The notes: generated by a model not told the origin, from the letters alone. A stretch of DNA of 29,916 bases from Candidatus Micrarchaeia archaeon (GCA_049976845.1 JBMFHL010000007.1:1-29916), one strand, 5' to 3'. Shown: positions 9,468 through 18,066, counted from the stretch's first letter. A program made the numbers and translations.

Positions 9468-10523
9468 ATGGCAGTCGATTTGGGCAAGTTCGTAAATGAG
9501 GTAAAAAAGCCTATATCATTTCAGGAGCTCTCAGGAAAAAGGCTTGCCATAGATGCATACAATACAATTTATCAATTTCTATCAATAATACGACAACCAG
9601 ATGGCACTCCGCTCGTAGATTCAAAGAACAGGGTGACAAGCCATCTCTCTGGAATTTTTTACAGGACCATAAGCATGATTGAGAATGGCATAATACCAAT
9701 ATATGTTTTTGACGGCATGCCCCCTCTGCTCAAGCAGCGCACAATAGAGGCGAGGGCAAACAAAAGGAAAGAAGCATACGAGGAATGGCAGGAGGCAAAG
9801 GCAAAAGGCCTTATTGAGGAGGCGAGGATGCACGCCATGGCGAGCAGCAGGGTGAACAAGCAGATAATAGAGAGCTCGAAGGCCCTTCTCAGCGCAATGG
9901 GCGTTCCTCATATACAGGCGCCTAGCGAAGGCGAGGCGCAGGCTGCAAAGATGGTCTCTGAAAATTTGGTGTATGCAGCAGCAAGCCAAGACTACGACCT
10001 CTTCCTTTTCGGTTCAGAAGTGGTAATAAGGAACCTTGCAATAACTGGGAAGCGCAAGCTGCCGAGAAAAAACATTTATATAGAAGTAAGTACAGAAAAA
10101 GCGCTGCTCAGCGATATGCTAAAAAAGCTGGAGATAACAAGGGAGCAGCTTATATGGATAGGCATACTAATGGGGACAGATTTCAATTTGGGCATAGAGG
10201 GCGTTGGCCCTGCTACAGCGTTGAAGCTCGTAAAGCAGATGCCCAATGCAGCAGATCTGGTAAAATACGCAAGAGACAAATACGGCGATTTCGATGTGGA
10301 CCCGTTCGAGGTTGAAAAGATATTCATCGAGCCAGAAGTTGCTCATATTGAAAAGAAGGACATAGACAATATAATAAAAGAGAGCTCTCCAAGCAAGGAA
10401 GAAATACTAAAAATAATGTGCAGCGAATACGAGTTCTCAGTGGAAAGGATATCAAAATTTGCTGACAAGCTAGTTGCCATAAAGCAGAGTGCAGGGCAGA
10501 AGGGCATAGGCAACTGGTTTTAA
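9468..10523 (+). CDS. fen: Flap endonuclease 1
   Basis: AIDAYNTIYQFLSIIRQPDGTPL, TSHLSG, YVFDG, APSEGEAQAA, SQDYD, GTDFN, C-terminal PIP box QKGIGNWF. Confidence 0.97.
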   Translation: MAVDLGKFVNEVKKPISFQELSGKRLAIDAYNTIYQFLSIIRQPDGTPLVDSKNRVTSHLSGIFYRTISMIENGIIPIYVFDGMPPLLKQRTIEARANKRKEAYEEWQEAKAKGLIEEARMHAMASSRVNKQIIESSKALLSAMGVPHIQAPSEGEAQAAKMVSENLVYAAASQDYDLFLFGSEVVIRNLAITGKRKLPRKNIYIEVSTEKALLSDMLKKLEITREQLIWIGILMGTDFNLGIEGVGPATALKLVKQMPNAADLVKYARDKYGDFDVDPFEVEKIFIEPEVAHIEKKDIDNIIKESSPSKEEILKIMCSEYEFSVERISKFADKLVAIKQSAGQKGIGNWF

Positions 10524-10620
10524 TAAAGGGCATCAATAGTATAAGTCTATCAGGCAAGGCGCTGTTAATTGATGCAAAAGCATTTAAGAATTAAAGTCCT
10601 CAGAGTAAATTGAAAAATAT

Positions 10621-11559
10621 GTGCATTTTATGAGGTTCAAAGTCCTTAAAAGGTCATTAGGCCAGTCAGCAATGGAATACCTGACCACTTATGGCTGGGC
10701 AATCCTGATAATCGTATTGACAATATCTGTTTTATATGAGCTCGGCGTATTCAACCCAAATACCTACGTCTTAAGCAGCTGTGTATTGCCCTCGGGCTTG
10801 GACTGCAGCAAATACCTATTATCGACAAACGGCATCCTTACTGTCACTATAAAGAATACGATGCAGGATCCTATAAATATAACAGCATTAGGGTGTGTAA
10901 CTAACGAAACAACTTCAGGCATGCAAGCGCCATACTCTCCAATTTCAAATCAAGTCTATATACCAGTAGGTGGGAATTACACATTCAATATATACTGCCC
11001 TGCAGCAAGGAACTCAACATTTACAAGCATTTACAAGGGCTACGTCTCTGTAAATTATACTGATGACGTCACTGGCTTTGCCCAAACTGTTTTTGGAAGG
11101 CTAATAATAAAAGCATCAAGCAAGCCAACCACAAGCACGACGCTAACAATCTCAACAACTTCAACATCGACAACAACAAAAACAACAACATCCTCTACCT
11201 CTACAACAACCTCAACCACAACAAAAACGACAACCTCAATACGCTACACAACTACAATAGCTGGATTCGTACAGTGTAACCTTGGTGAGGGTGATAATAC
11301 CTGGAGCTGTACCTGGAATTGGAACTGTGTAGGCGTAAATGCGATATGTGGTAGCAATCCTGATACATGTAATTCAGGTACTCCATCAGATGAAATTGGC
11401 ACATGTAAGTGTTCTGCAACGCAAGATGGTTGTAGTTATTCATGGGACTGCGAAGCTACTCAATCACTAAAGTGCGGCGGCACTCCCTGTCCTTCATGTG
11501 GTAGCAGTGTTGGCACATGTAGTGAAGGTTATTCGACTCCATATACCGGTACTTGCTAA
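10621..11559 (+). CDS. Class III signal-peptide (pilin-like) surface protein with Thr/Ser stalk and 14-Cys C-terminal domain
   Basis: KRSLG|QSAMEYLTTYGWAILII (Glu at +5), Cys-paired N-domain, a T/S-rich run, and a terminal ~98 aa with 14 Cys. Start is GTG 10621 or ATG 10630. Confidence 0.8.
   Translation: MHFMRFKVLKRSLGQSAMEYLTTYGWAILIIVLTISVLYELGVFNPNTYVLSSCVLPSGLDCSKYLLSTNGILTVTIKNTMQDPINITALGCVTNETTSGMQAPYSPISNQVYIPVGGNYTFNIYCPAARNSTFTSIYKGYVSVNYTDDVTGFAQTVFGRLIIKASSKPTTSTTLTISTTSTSTTTKTTTSSTSTTTSTTTKTTTSIRYTTTIAGFVQCNLGEGDNTWSCTWNWNCVGVNAICGSNPDTCNSGTPSDEIGTCKCSATQDGCSYSWDCEATQSLKCGGTPCPSCGSSVGTCSEGYSTPYTGTC
11125..11256 (+). repeat. Low-complexity ACA-rich region encoding a Thr/Ser linker (PTTSTTLTISTTSTSTTTKTTT...)
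   Basis: Runs of ACA/ACC/TCA codons, with the unit STTTKTTTS present twice. Confidence 0.85.
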
Positions 11560-11583
11560 CAATGAAATACTAGCCCTGAAAAC

Positions 11584-12673
11584 GATATTGTCCAATAATT
11601 AATTCAGTTCCACTATTTCAAAAGGCATAAAAGCCCGTGGGTGCATACTGGTTTTTGGCGACTAGCATGCATGTAAATAAGAGAAATTGGAATTTATATA
11701 ACTTACAGTTGGTCAACAGAGGAAGGCCTTCCACATATGTAGAATCCGCGTTTGCAGATAATGGTGCAGAAGTCTCGAGACTTAACAAAGACAAGGTTGG
11801 ACACTCGTATGTATATTTGAATATTGTTATACTTTCTGTATTTGCATTAAAATGTGTATTCAAAATCCCTTATAGGGCAGCAGAAGGAACTATCAGGGAT
11901 TATGCAGAGAGAAATAATATTTTTGAATACCCCAATTTTAGGACGATATAGTTGAGAGTACCGCAAATGAAGAAAGAAGGTATAAAGTTCATGATATATG
12001 ATAAGGGCAAAGATGTCGACGTGCTTATTGATTCGACCGGCATAAAAATCTTCAAACGATGGAGAATATAGGGGCACAAAGTATGGGAAAAGGGGGTATG
12101 GACAAAAATATATGTCGCAGTAGACAGAAAAACACATAGGATACTTAATATTATAGTTACAGATGATCACATAGGAAATGTAAGGGAATTTGAACCTTTA
12201 ATCGAACCCGTAAAAGAAGCAAACACAATTGGCAATGCAGCTGCAGACGGTGCTTATAATTCAGAAGAGAATTTCAGGTATTGCGACGATAACAACATAA
12301 ATGCATTTATACCCGTGAGGATCAATTCTATAGGAAAACGCAGCAAACATAGGCGCAAACATGTCGTAGAGCAGTTAGATATAATTCGTAAAAGAGGTTA
12401 CAATTGCAATATTATACCTCCAAAGGAAATACGAGTGATAAATCAAATAAATTGGAAAAACAGACAGGTTATCACATGCGATCATTGGTTGAATCTACTT
12501 TTTCTGTATTCAAAAATGTATTTGGGGAGTATACTTTTTCAAAAAATAAAGATATGAAAGAGAAGGAATTACTTTTAAAAGCGGTTGCCTATAACAGATT
12601 TTTAATCTGAGATTAAAATTGTTGAAAAAGTAGTGCAAATATTATTCATTTACTGGAATTGTTGGACAACGCC
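11584..12673 (+). mobile_element. Decayed IS5-family insertion sequence (IS903/ISH1-like), about 1.09 kb
   Basis: Imperfect terminal inverted repeats GATATTGTCCAATAATT (11584-11600) and AATTGTTGGACAACGCC (12657-12673), 13/17 matches, enclosing transposase fragments. AT-richer than the flanks. No clear target-site duplication. Confidence 0.85.
11667..12610 (+). pseudogene. IS5-family DDE transposase pseudogene
   Basis: RNWNLYNLQLVNRG, IDSTGIK, WTKIYVAVD, ADGAYNS, IPVR, GYHMRSLVESTFSVFK. Broken by an in-frame TAG (11949-11951), compensating frameshifts at about 12055 and 12095, and a frameshift at about 12460. Confidence 0.88.
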
Positions 12674-12755
12674 TTACAAAAGCACTTTATTTATATTCTT
12701 ATAAACTATTGTTTGTATAATTAGGGAAATTGCAGTTTCAACAGGCATTGTCGCA

Positions 12756-14465
12756 TTGCTGCTCTCTTATACTGTCTTTACTTACCAGCAATTATTTTCG
12801 CCATATATGATGGCTTCAGTGCTTCTGCTTCCTGTAATCTCGCTACTCCTCTTCGTATTTTCTAATAAGTTTGCGAAGAAGAAAGCTTATCTTGCGCTTG
12901 GCATTTCATCAATAGTGTTTATTTTGCTGCTTAACCTAGCATATATACATCCATTACCTGGCGCATATGAAAACATATTGCGTGTATTTGTCCTTGTCTC
13001 GATTGCGACTGCAATATCTATATTCTTCATATACTTGATAGGAATAGTTTCTTCAAGGCATTTTGGAGTTTTTTATACAATCGTGCTTATAATATTGGCT
13101 TCTTCCTTTGCCTATATTTCGATGTACGGCTTCTCCAACGCCTCATGGAACGGCGTGGACGAGCTTGCCGCAAACTACTACTCTGCATACCTTTCCTTGC
13201 ACGGCGTCAACCCATATACGACAAGCATGCAGACGATATATAATGCAAGGCAAATCTTTCCAACAGTGCTGCTCAACGGCTCTTACGAAGATTTTTATGC
13301 ATATCCAGCAATGAGCTTCATTGCCTATATACCGCTTGTCGCGATTGGCATCGGGAGCAAATCGCTACTACTATTTGTTGCAGTGCTTATCTTTTTCGCC
13401 ATAACCTCTTCGTCTATCATCTACATACATTCAGGCAGCGACATGCACATGCTAATTCCAATAGCAATTTGGCTTATAGGATGCTATGCACTTGTTGGAG
13501 TTTCGAACGCACTCCTCGTTTCAATTTTCTTAGTCCTTGCATTTGTATATAAGAATAGGGGCTTTGCTTCGGGAATTTTCCTTGGCATTGCGGCAAGCGT
13601 TTCTCAGCTTGCTTGGTTCGCGCTGCCCTTCTTCTTAATACTCACATATAGGAGCAAAGGCAAATTAGGCATGCAGGTTCTTGGTGCATCTGCATCGTTT
13701 ATCGCAATCAATGTTTACTTCTTTGCACTTTCGCCAGGCGCATTCATCGGAAGCATATTTAGCATAATGAGCCCTAATACGCTTGTTTTCTTTGGCCAAG
13801 ACATAGCCCAGTTCTTTTACGCTTTTTATCCTGTTTCACAGCTTTATATCTCTGCATTGTCTATAACGGTGCTCCTCTTTTCAATGCTTGTATACTATAT
13901 TTACCCTAAGAGCGCAAAGTTGCTACTGGCGCTTGCGCCAATGCTCATATTCTTTGTATCGTGGCGCAACGTATCAATATATGGCCTTGCCTACATACCA
14001 TTGCTCCTTGCGGTTTATTATGACAAAAGCAAAGTGAAAACTACAGATATGCTGAAGAAGAAATATTATATAATCTATGGAATAGTTGCGATAATTGCAC
14101 TCTTTTCCTTGTTTGCAGTATATTCTCACAGTGTTTATGCTGCCGAAAAGACAATATCAATAAATCACATCTATCCTATAATAGGCGTAAGTAGCTACGG
14201 CTATTCTATGCAAGGCTTCATTGCCAATGTCTCAAGCAATGCAAATCGCAATGAAACAGTTACATTCTACATGATAAGCAGAAGCCCAAACGAAGAAGCG
14301 TACATGCTTGGCTCCTTGCTTCCTAAGCTTCGTGCAGGCTCCACAATGAACTATACTGTTAATTTTATACTGCCGCTTGTAAACAGCAACACAAAGGTAC
14401 TTGTTTTTGCATTCAGCAAAGACTACATAACCAGCAATGTTACAACACTCTCAAAGCTAAGATGA
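12756..14465 (+). CDS. Polytopic membrane protein, GT-C/GT87-like glycosyltransferase fold, probably 5'-truncated
   Basis: More than 10 TM helices; loop VDELAANYYSAYLSLHGVNPY and FYAYPAMSF; C-terminal extracellular beta-rich domain. Hydrophobic coding-like sequence continues in frame upstream to the IS end, with one TAA at 12702. Confidence 0.6.
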   Translation: MLLSYTVFTYQQLFSPYMMASVLLLPVISLLLFVFSNKFAKKKAYLALGISSIVFILLLNLAYIHPLPGAYENILRVFVLVSIATAISIFFIYLIGIVSSRHFGVFYTIVLIILASSFAYISMYGFSNASWNGVDELAANYYSAYLSLHGVNPYTTSMQTIYNARQIFPTVLLNGSYEDFYAYPAMSFIAYIPLVAIGIGSKSLLLFVAVLIFFAITSSSIIYIHSGSDMHMLIPIAIWLIGCYALVGVSNALLVSIFLVLAFVYKNRGFASGIFLGIAASVSQLAWFALPFFLILTYRSKGKLGMQVLGASASFIAINVYFFALSPGAFIGSIFSIMSPNTLVFFGQDIAQFFYAFYPVSQLYISALSITVLLFSMLVYYIYPKSAKLLLALAPMLIFFVSWRNVSIYGLAYIPLLLAVYYDKSKVKTTDMLKKKYYIIYGIVAIIALFSLFAVYSHSVYAAEKTISINHIYPIIGVSSYGYSMQGFIANVSSNANRNETVTFYMISRSPNEEAYMLGSLLPKLRAGSTMNYTVNFILPLVNSNTKVLVFAFSKDYITSNVTTLSKLR

Positions 14466-14644
14466 TATATTTACCATCCTGCATGTCACTCCTCACAAAC
14501 GCGTCTCCGTATTTTTTGAGCTTACACAAATAGTCTCAAACAGCATTTCATATTATGCAAGGTATAAAAGTTCGAGCTTATAAATATAAATTGTGCCGGA
14601 GAGCGCAAGGTTAATACTCTTAGAAGTTGGTGCGGTTATTTTTT

Positions 14645-16588
14645 ATGGAAGTGGATTACAGCAATGAATCCAATATAAGTCAGTTGGAAAAGTCTAAGCT
14701 CAGCATGGAGCACCTGAAGATAATGCTGATATCAGGCACAAGCTTCTTTACCGATGCATATGATCTCTTCATAATAGGCGTCGTATTAATAATGCTGAAA
14801 TCTATTTACTCCCCCTCGCCGCTTATGCTGGGCCTTTTGGCAAGCTCCGCGCTTTTCGGTGCCGTTATTGGGCCTGCATTATTTGGGTATCTTGGCGACA
14901 AATTTGGAAGGAAATATATATACTGGGTAACAGTCTCAATACTTGCCATAGCCGCTTTGGGCTCCGCGCTTTCGCAGACCCTGATCCTATTAGTGATATG
15001 GCGGCTTTTTCTAGGCATAGGCATAGGCGGAGATTATCCGCTCAGTTCAACAATAGTTGCCGAATACTCAAACAAAATTGACAGGGGGAAACTAATTGCA
15101 TCAACATTCGCAATGCAGGGCTTTGGAATAATTGCTGGTGTTGCACTGGCGCTTCTGCTTCTCTACATGGGCGTGCCGAATGCGATAGCTTGGCGTCTGT
15201 TATTGGCTATTGGGGCTGTGCCTGCGCTTCTTGTAATACCTGCAAGGAAAAAGCTCAAGGAGACAATATGGTATACCAAGCTCATAGCCAGCAAGGCGAA
15301 GGCGCAGGCAAGCGCAAGCCTGAGAAGCATAATAAAGAAGCGCCCTGGCATACTCATAGGTACGGCACTCTCATGGTTCCTGCTTGATGTTACATACTAT
15401 GGTACAGGTATATTTACGCCTTATCTAGCAACCCTGTTTGGCATGAAAGGTATACTTGCCCCCACTTTAACCACAGGAGTAATCTTCCTGATTTTTGCAG
15501 TTCCTGGGTACTGGGTTGCTGTGCTTCTTATCGACAAAGAAGGGCGCAAGCCCATGCAGGCAATAGGGTTCTTGGCAATAACAGTATCTTTCTTCCTGAT
15601 ACTGCTCTTCGGAAGCTACCTGATTGCGAGCTTATTGCCTGTTTTTCTTATAATCTACGGTCTTTCGTTCTTCTTCAGCAACTATGGCCCAAACACAACA
15701 ACATATGTCTATCCTGCAGAATTATACCCTACTGAATTGAGAGCAAGAGGGCACGGAATTGCAGCTACATTTGGCAAGCTTGGTGCCGCCATTTCTACGG
15801 TTCTTTTCCCAATACTAATACCTATAATTGGCAAGTTCATGCTCATAGGTTTGTTGGGCTTTGTCTCGCTGCTAGGTTTCATCGTGACAATAATACTATT
15901 GCCTGAAACAAAGCAGAAATCCCTTTTCGAGACATCAAGGGAATACGAGCTTCATCTAATCTCCACAGACCTCTCCTCCGAATTTATCAGCATAATTGGG
16001 CACATGCAGAGAGCATCGAGCACAATGTCGACAATGTTCAGTAGCGATGTAATCAAAACACGCAGGGAATTTTTCTCCTCGATTAAAAATGAGGAGCACG
16101 AGGCAGACATAAATGTGAAGAATATAATGGAGTATATAGCGCTTCACGAAGCAAATCCAGATACATTCAGCGACCTTGCAAACCTTGCAAGGAGGCTTGA
16201 TGACATAATAGATCTGGAAGAAGCTGTAGCATCACGGGTAAACATCTATTCAATAAAAAAGAGCAACAACTATCTAAGGGATTTCTCTGCAATAATAAAC
16301 AAGAGCGTAAGTAACATAAACCTAGCCATAAACGAGCTTATAGAATTCGAAGCGCAAAAGAACATAAAGGGCATAGGGGAAATGCACCGCAAGATAGCAA
16401 AGCTTGAGAACGAAGCAGACGAGATATTGAGGATGTCCCTAAGCAATATAATGAAGAGCAGCAATTTCAAGGAAATAATGAAATACAAAGAAATATATGA
16501 GCTGCTCGAGCTAATAACTGACAAATGCGTTGACGTAATGGACGTAGTAAGCGACATAACTATTAGATACTTATACAGCAATAAATAA
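14645..16588 (+). CDS. PHS-family (Pho84-like) MFS phosphate:H+ symporter fused to a C-terminal DUF47/PhoU-like domain
   Basis: MFS part: FFTDAYDLF, GDKFGRK, GIGGDYPLS, FAMQGFG, SWFLLDVTYYG, NYGPNTTT, PAELYPT..RARGHG, GKLGA, LPETK. DUF47 part from about 15960: EHEAD, LDDIID, LENEAD, KEIYELLELITDKCVD. One uninterrupted ORF. Confidence 0.88.
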   Translation: MEVDYSNESNISQLEKSKLSMEHLKIMLISGTSFFTDAYDLFIIGVVLIMLKSIYSPSPLMLGLLASSALFGAVIGPALFGYLGDKFGRKYIYWVTVSILAIAALGSALSQTLILLVIWRLFLGIGIGGDYPLSSTIVAEYSNKIDRGKLIASTFAMQGFGIIAGVALALLLLYMGVPNAIAWRLLLAIGAVPALLVIPARKKLKETIWYTKLIASKAKAQASASLRSIIKKRPGILIGTALSWFLLDVTYYGTGIFTPYLATLFGMKGILAPTLTTGVIFLIFAVPGYWVAVLLIDKEGRKPMQAIGFLAITVSFFLILLFGSYLIASLLPVFLIIYGLSFFFSNYGPNTTTYVYPAELYPTELRARGHGIAATFGKLGAAISTVLFPILIPIIGKFMLIGLLGFVSLLGFIVTIILLPETKQKSLFETSREYELHLISTDLSSEFISIIGHMQRASSTMSTMFSSDVIKTRREFFSSIKNEEHEADINVKNIMEYIALHEANPDTFSDLANLARRLDDIIDLEEAVASRVNIYSIKKSNNYLRDFSAIINKSVSNINLAINELIEFEAQKNIKGIGEMHRKIAKLENEADEILRMSLSNIMKSSNFKEIMKYKEIYELLELITDKCVDVMDVVSDITIRYLYSNK

Positions 16589-16605
16589 GCTAAAGTGGTG
16601 ATAAA

Positions 16606-16716
16606 ATGGGAAAGAGAAAAATAGGCAAGGCGCACAGGAAAATCGCATTGATAAGAATAAGAAAAATCAAGAGGAAAAGATACAAGCAAGCGAAGAAAAG
16701 AGTAGCATATAAATAA
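16606..16716 (+). CDS. 36-aa highly basic small protein (MGKRKIGKAHRKIALIRIRKIKRKRYKQAKKRVAYK), eL41/eS32-like candidate
   Basis: GGTG-N5-ATG ribosome-binding site; fills the gap between the transporter and cgi121; 18 of 36 residues are K/R and none is acidic. Below the ORF-track size cut-off. Confidence 0.65.
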   Translation: MGKRKIGKAHRKIALIRIRKIKRKRYKQAKKRVAYK

Positions 16717-16719
16717 AAC

Positions 16720-17157
16720 GTGGCATGCATGCTGAGTGGCAAGCCTGTTGCATACCTGTGCTCCTCAAGCATGGAGCCAAAGGAGCTAATAGCGCATGCA
16801 GCAAAGATCTCTTCGAAAAAGTGCTTTGTGCAGTTGTTTGCAGACAAGCCTAACTTAGCAGGAAGGCTTCTGCCTGCATACCTCAATGCCCTGCTAAGGG
16901 AAAAGGATTGTACAATGCGTTCTAATTCTATAAGCATGGAATTCCTGTTGCTTGCAAGTACGAGCATGAATATAAAGAACGCAATACGCAATTATGGCAT
17001 CTCATCAAGCAATAAATTCATACTTTTTGCCACAAGCGAGAAGATTGCTAAAAAATTCAAAGACATTGGAAAAGTAAAGGTAATAAAGAAATTAAAACTG
17101 TCCCTTGTAACGGAAGAGGCGGCAAAGGTTGCCGCAGCAGAGCTTCTAGAGGAATAG
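16720..17157 (+). CDS. cgi121: KEOPS subunit Cgi121-like protein
   Basis: VQLF...AYLNAL...MRSNSISMEFLLLASTSMNIKNAIRNYGI pattern, 145 aa. Start is GTG 16720 or ATG 16729. Confidence 0.65.
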   Translation: MACMLSGKPVAYLCSSSMEPKELIAHAAKISSKKCFVQLFADKPNLAGRLLPAYLNALLREKDCTMRSNSISMEFLLLASTSMNIKNAIRNYGISSSNKFILFATSEKIAKKFKDIGKVKVIKKLKLSLVTEEAAKVAAAELLEE

Positions 17158-18066
17158 AGAAGTTATTGCATAAGAAAGCAGCAAACTAACAACCGCTCCG
17201 CCAATCCATGTAAATGCTATAGCAATTGCCGGTTTCTTGAGTATTATCCTGTTTTTGTAGCTAAGCCCGGTGCCATAGACGCTTGCCACGAATGTCTGTG
17301 TATTTGATAGTGGTATTCCCAAAAAGGTTGCAATCTCCACAAGAATTACCGATACAAACTGCGAGTTTATCGAGTTTAAATACCTCATTGAAATTATATC
17401 GCTGCTTATGCGCCTCAACTCTCCTCCGTTTAGGAAAATGCTCCCTATCAATATGCCAAGCAGAGCAGCAATCATTGCAAAGGAGTTATTCGGCATCGAA
17501 GAATAAACGAGCCCTATTGTATTTGCGCCAAGCGCAAAGGCCGAGAAGAAGGAAAGGAAGATAAGCACAAGTTTAATTCTTTTTATACTCCTCCAGATCT
17601 TTTTGCCATTGACAATCGAGTGAGACAAGTTCATGAGCGGGGCTATCAACAGGATAGAAGCAACTGGCGCGGCAACCCAAAAAAGCACCATAAGCATAAC
17701 GAATCCCCAGCCTATACTAAAATGCATTGCCAGGCTTACTCCAACCAATATGCCGGTAAAGTTAACCGCCAAAGACTGCGGTACTCTCATCTTGTGTGCA
17801 ATGAGGAATACCACTATCGCTGTAAACAATGCAACTATCAATAACGGCTCAAACCGATATGGAAATATTGCATTGACTCCACGCCTCAGCATACCTCCTT
17901 CTAAAATTAGACCAAGTGCGTATCCTATTATGGTAATTGATACTCCCGTTTTTTTGCTTACAATTTTGCTGCCTATAACTGAACCAGAGCATGCTGGCAG
18001 ATTATTTCCAGAGACAAGCATAATTAGAATAAAAGAAAGTATAAAAGCGAACAAAGTTTCTATCAA
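17146..18066 (-). CDS. PiT-family inorganic phosphate/anion transporter with non-canonical signatures
   Basis: Two-repeat PiT architecture: SGNNL...G and PQSLA...GI; LGANTIG and GIPLSNTQ...G. GGTG-N5-TTG start. Downstream of a DUF47 gene. Confidence 0.8.
   Translation of the reverse strand: MIETLFAFILSFILIMLVSGNNLPACSGSVIGSKIVSKKTGVSITIIGYALGLILEGGMLRRGVNAIFPYRFEPLLIVALFTAIVVFLIAHKMRVPQSLAVNFTGILVGVSLAMHFSIGWGFVMLMVLFWVAAPVASILLIAPLMNLSHSIVNGKKIWRSIKRIKLVLIFLSFFSAFALGANTIGLVYSSMPNNSFAMIAALLGILIGSIFLNGGELRRISSDIISMRYLNSINSQFVSVILVEIATFLGIPLSNTQTFVASVYGTGLSYKNRIILKKPAIAIAFTWIGGAVVSLLLSYAITSLFL

Noticed and set aside
11949..12470. Programmed frameshifting or stop readthrough in the transposase
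   Set aside because: Four separate lesions plus an eroded IR indicate decay rather than recoding.
10621..12673. Diversity-generating retroelement acting on the adhesin C-terminus
   Set aside because: No reverse transcriptase and no ~100-bp TR/VR pair differing at adenines was seen. The adjacent element is a DDE transposase remnant.
14466..14644. Possible ncRNA/riboswitch or Pho-box upstream of the MFS-DUF47 gene
   Set aside because: No convincing stem-loop, tRNA fold or repeated operator found by eye; only TATA-like AT runs at about 14562-14590.
16270..16991. Minus-strand ORFs of 139 and 133 aa
   Set aside because: Antisense to the DUF47 tail, the small basic ORF and cgi121, with no recognisable motifs.
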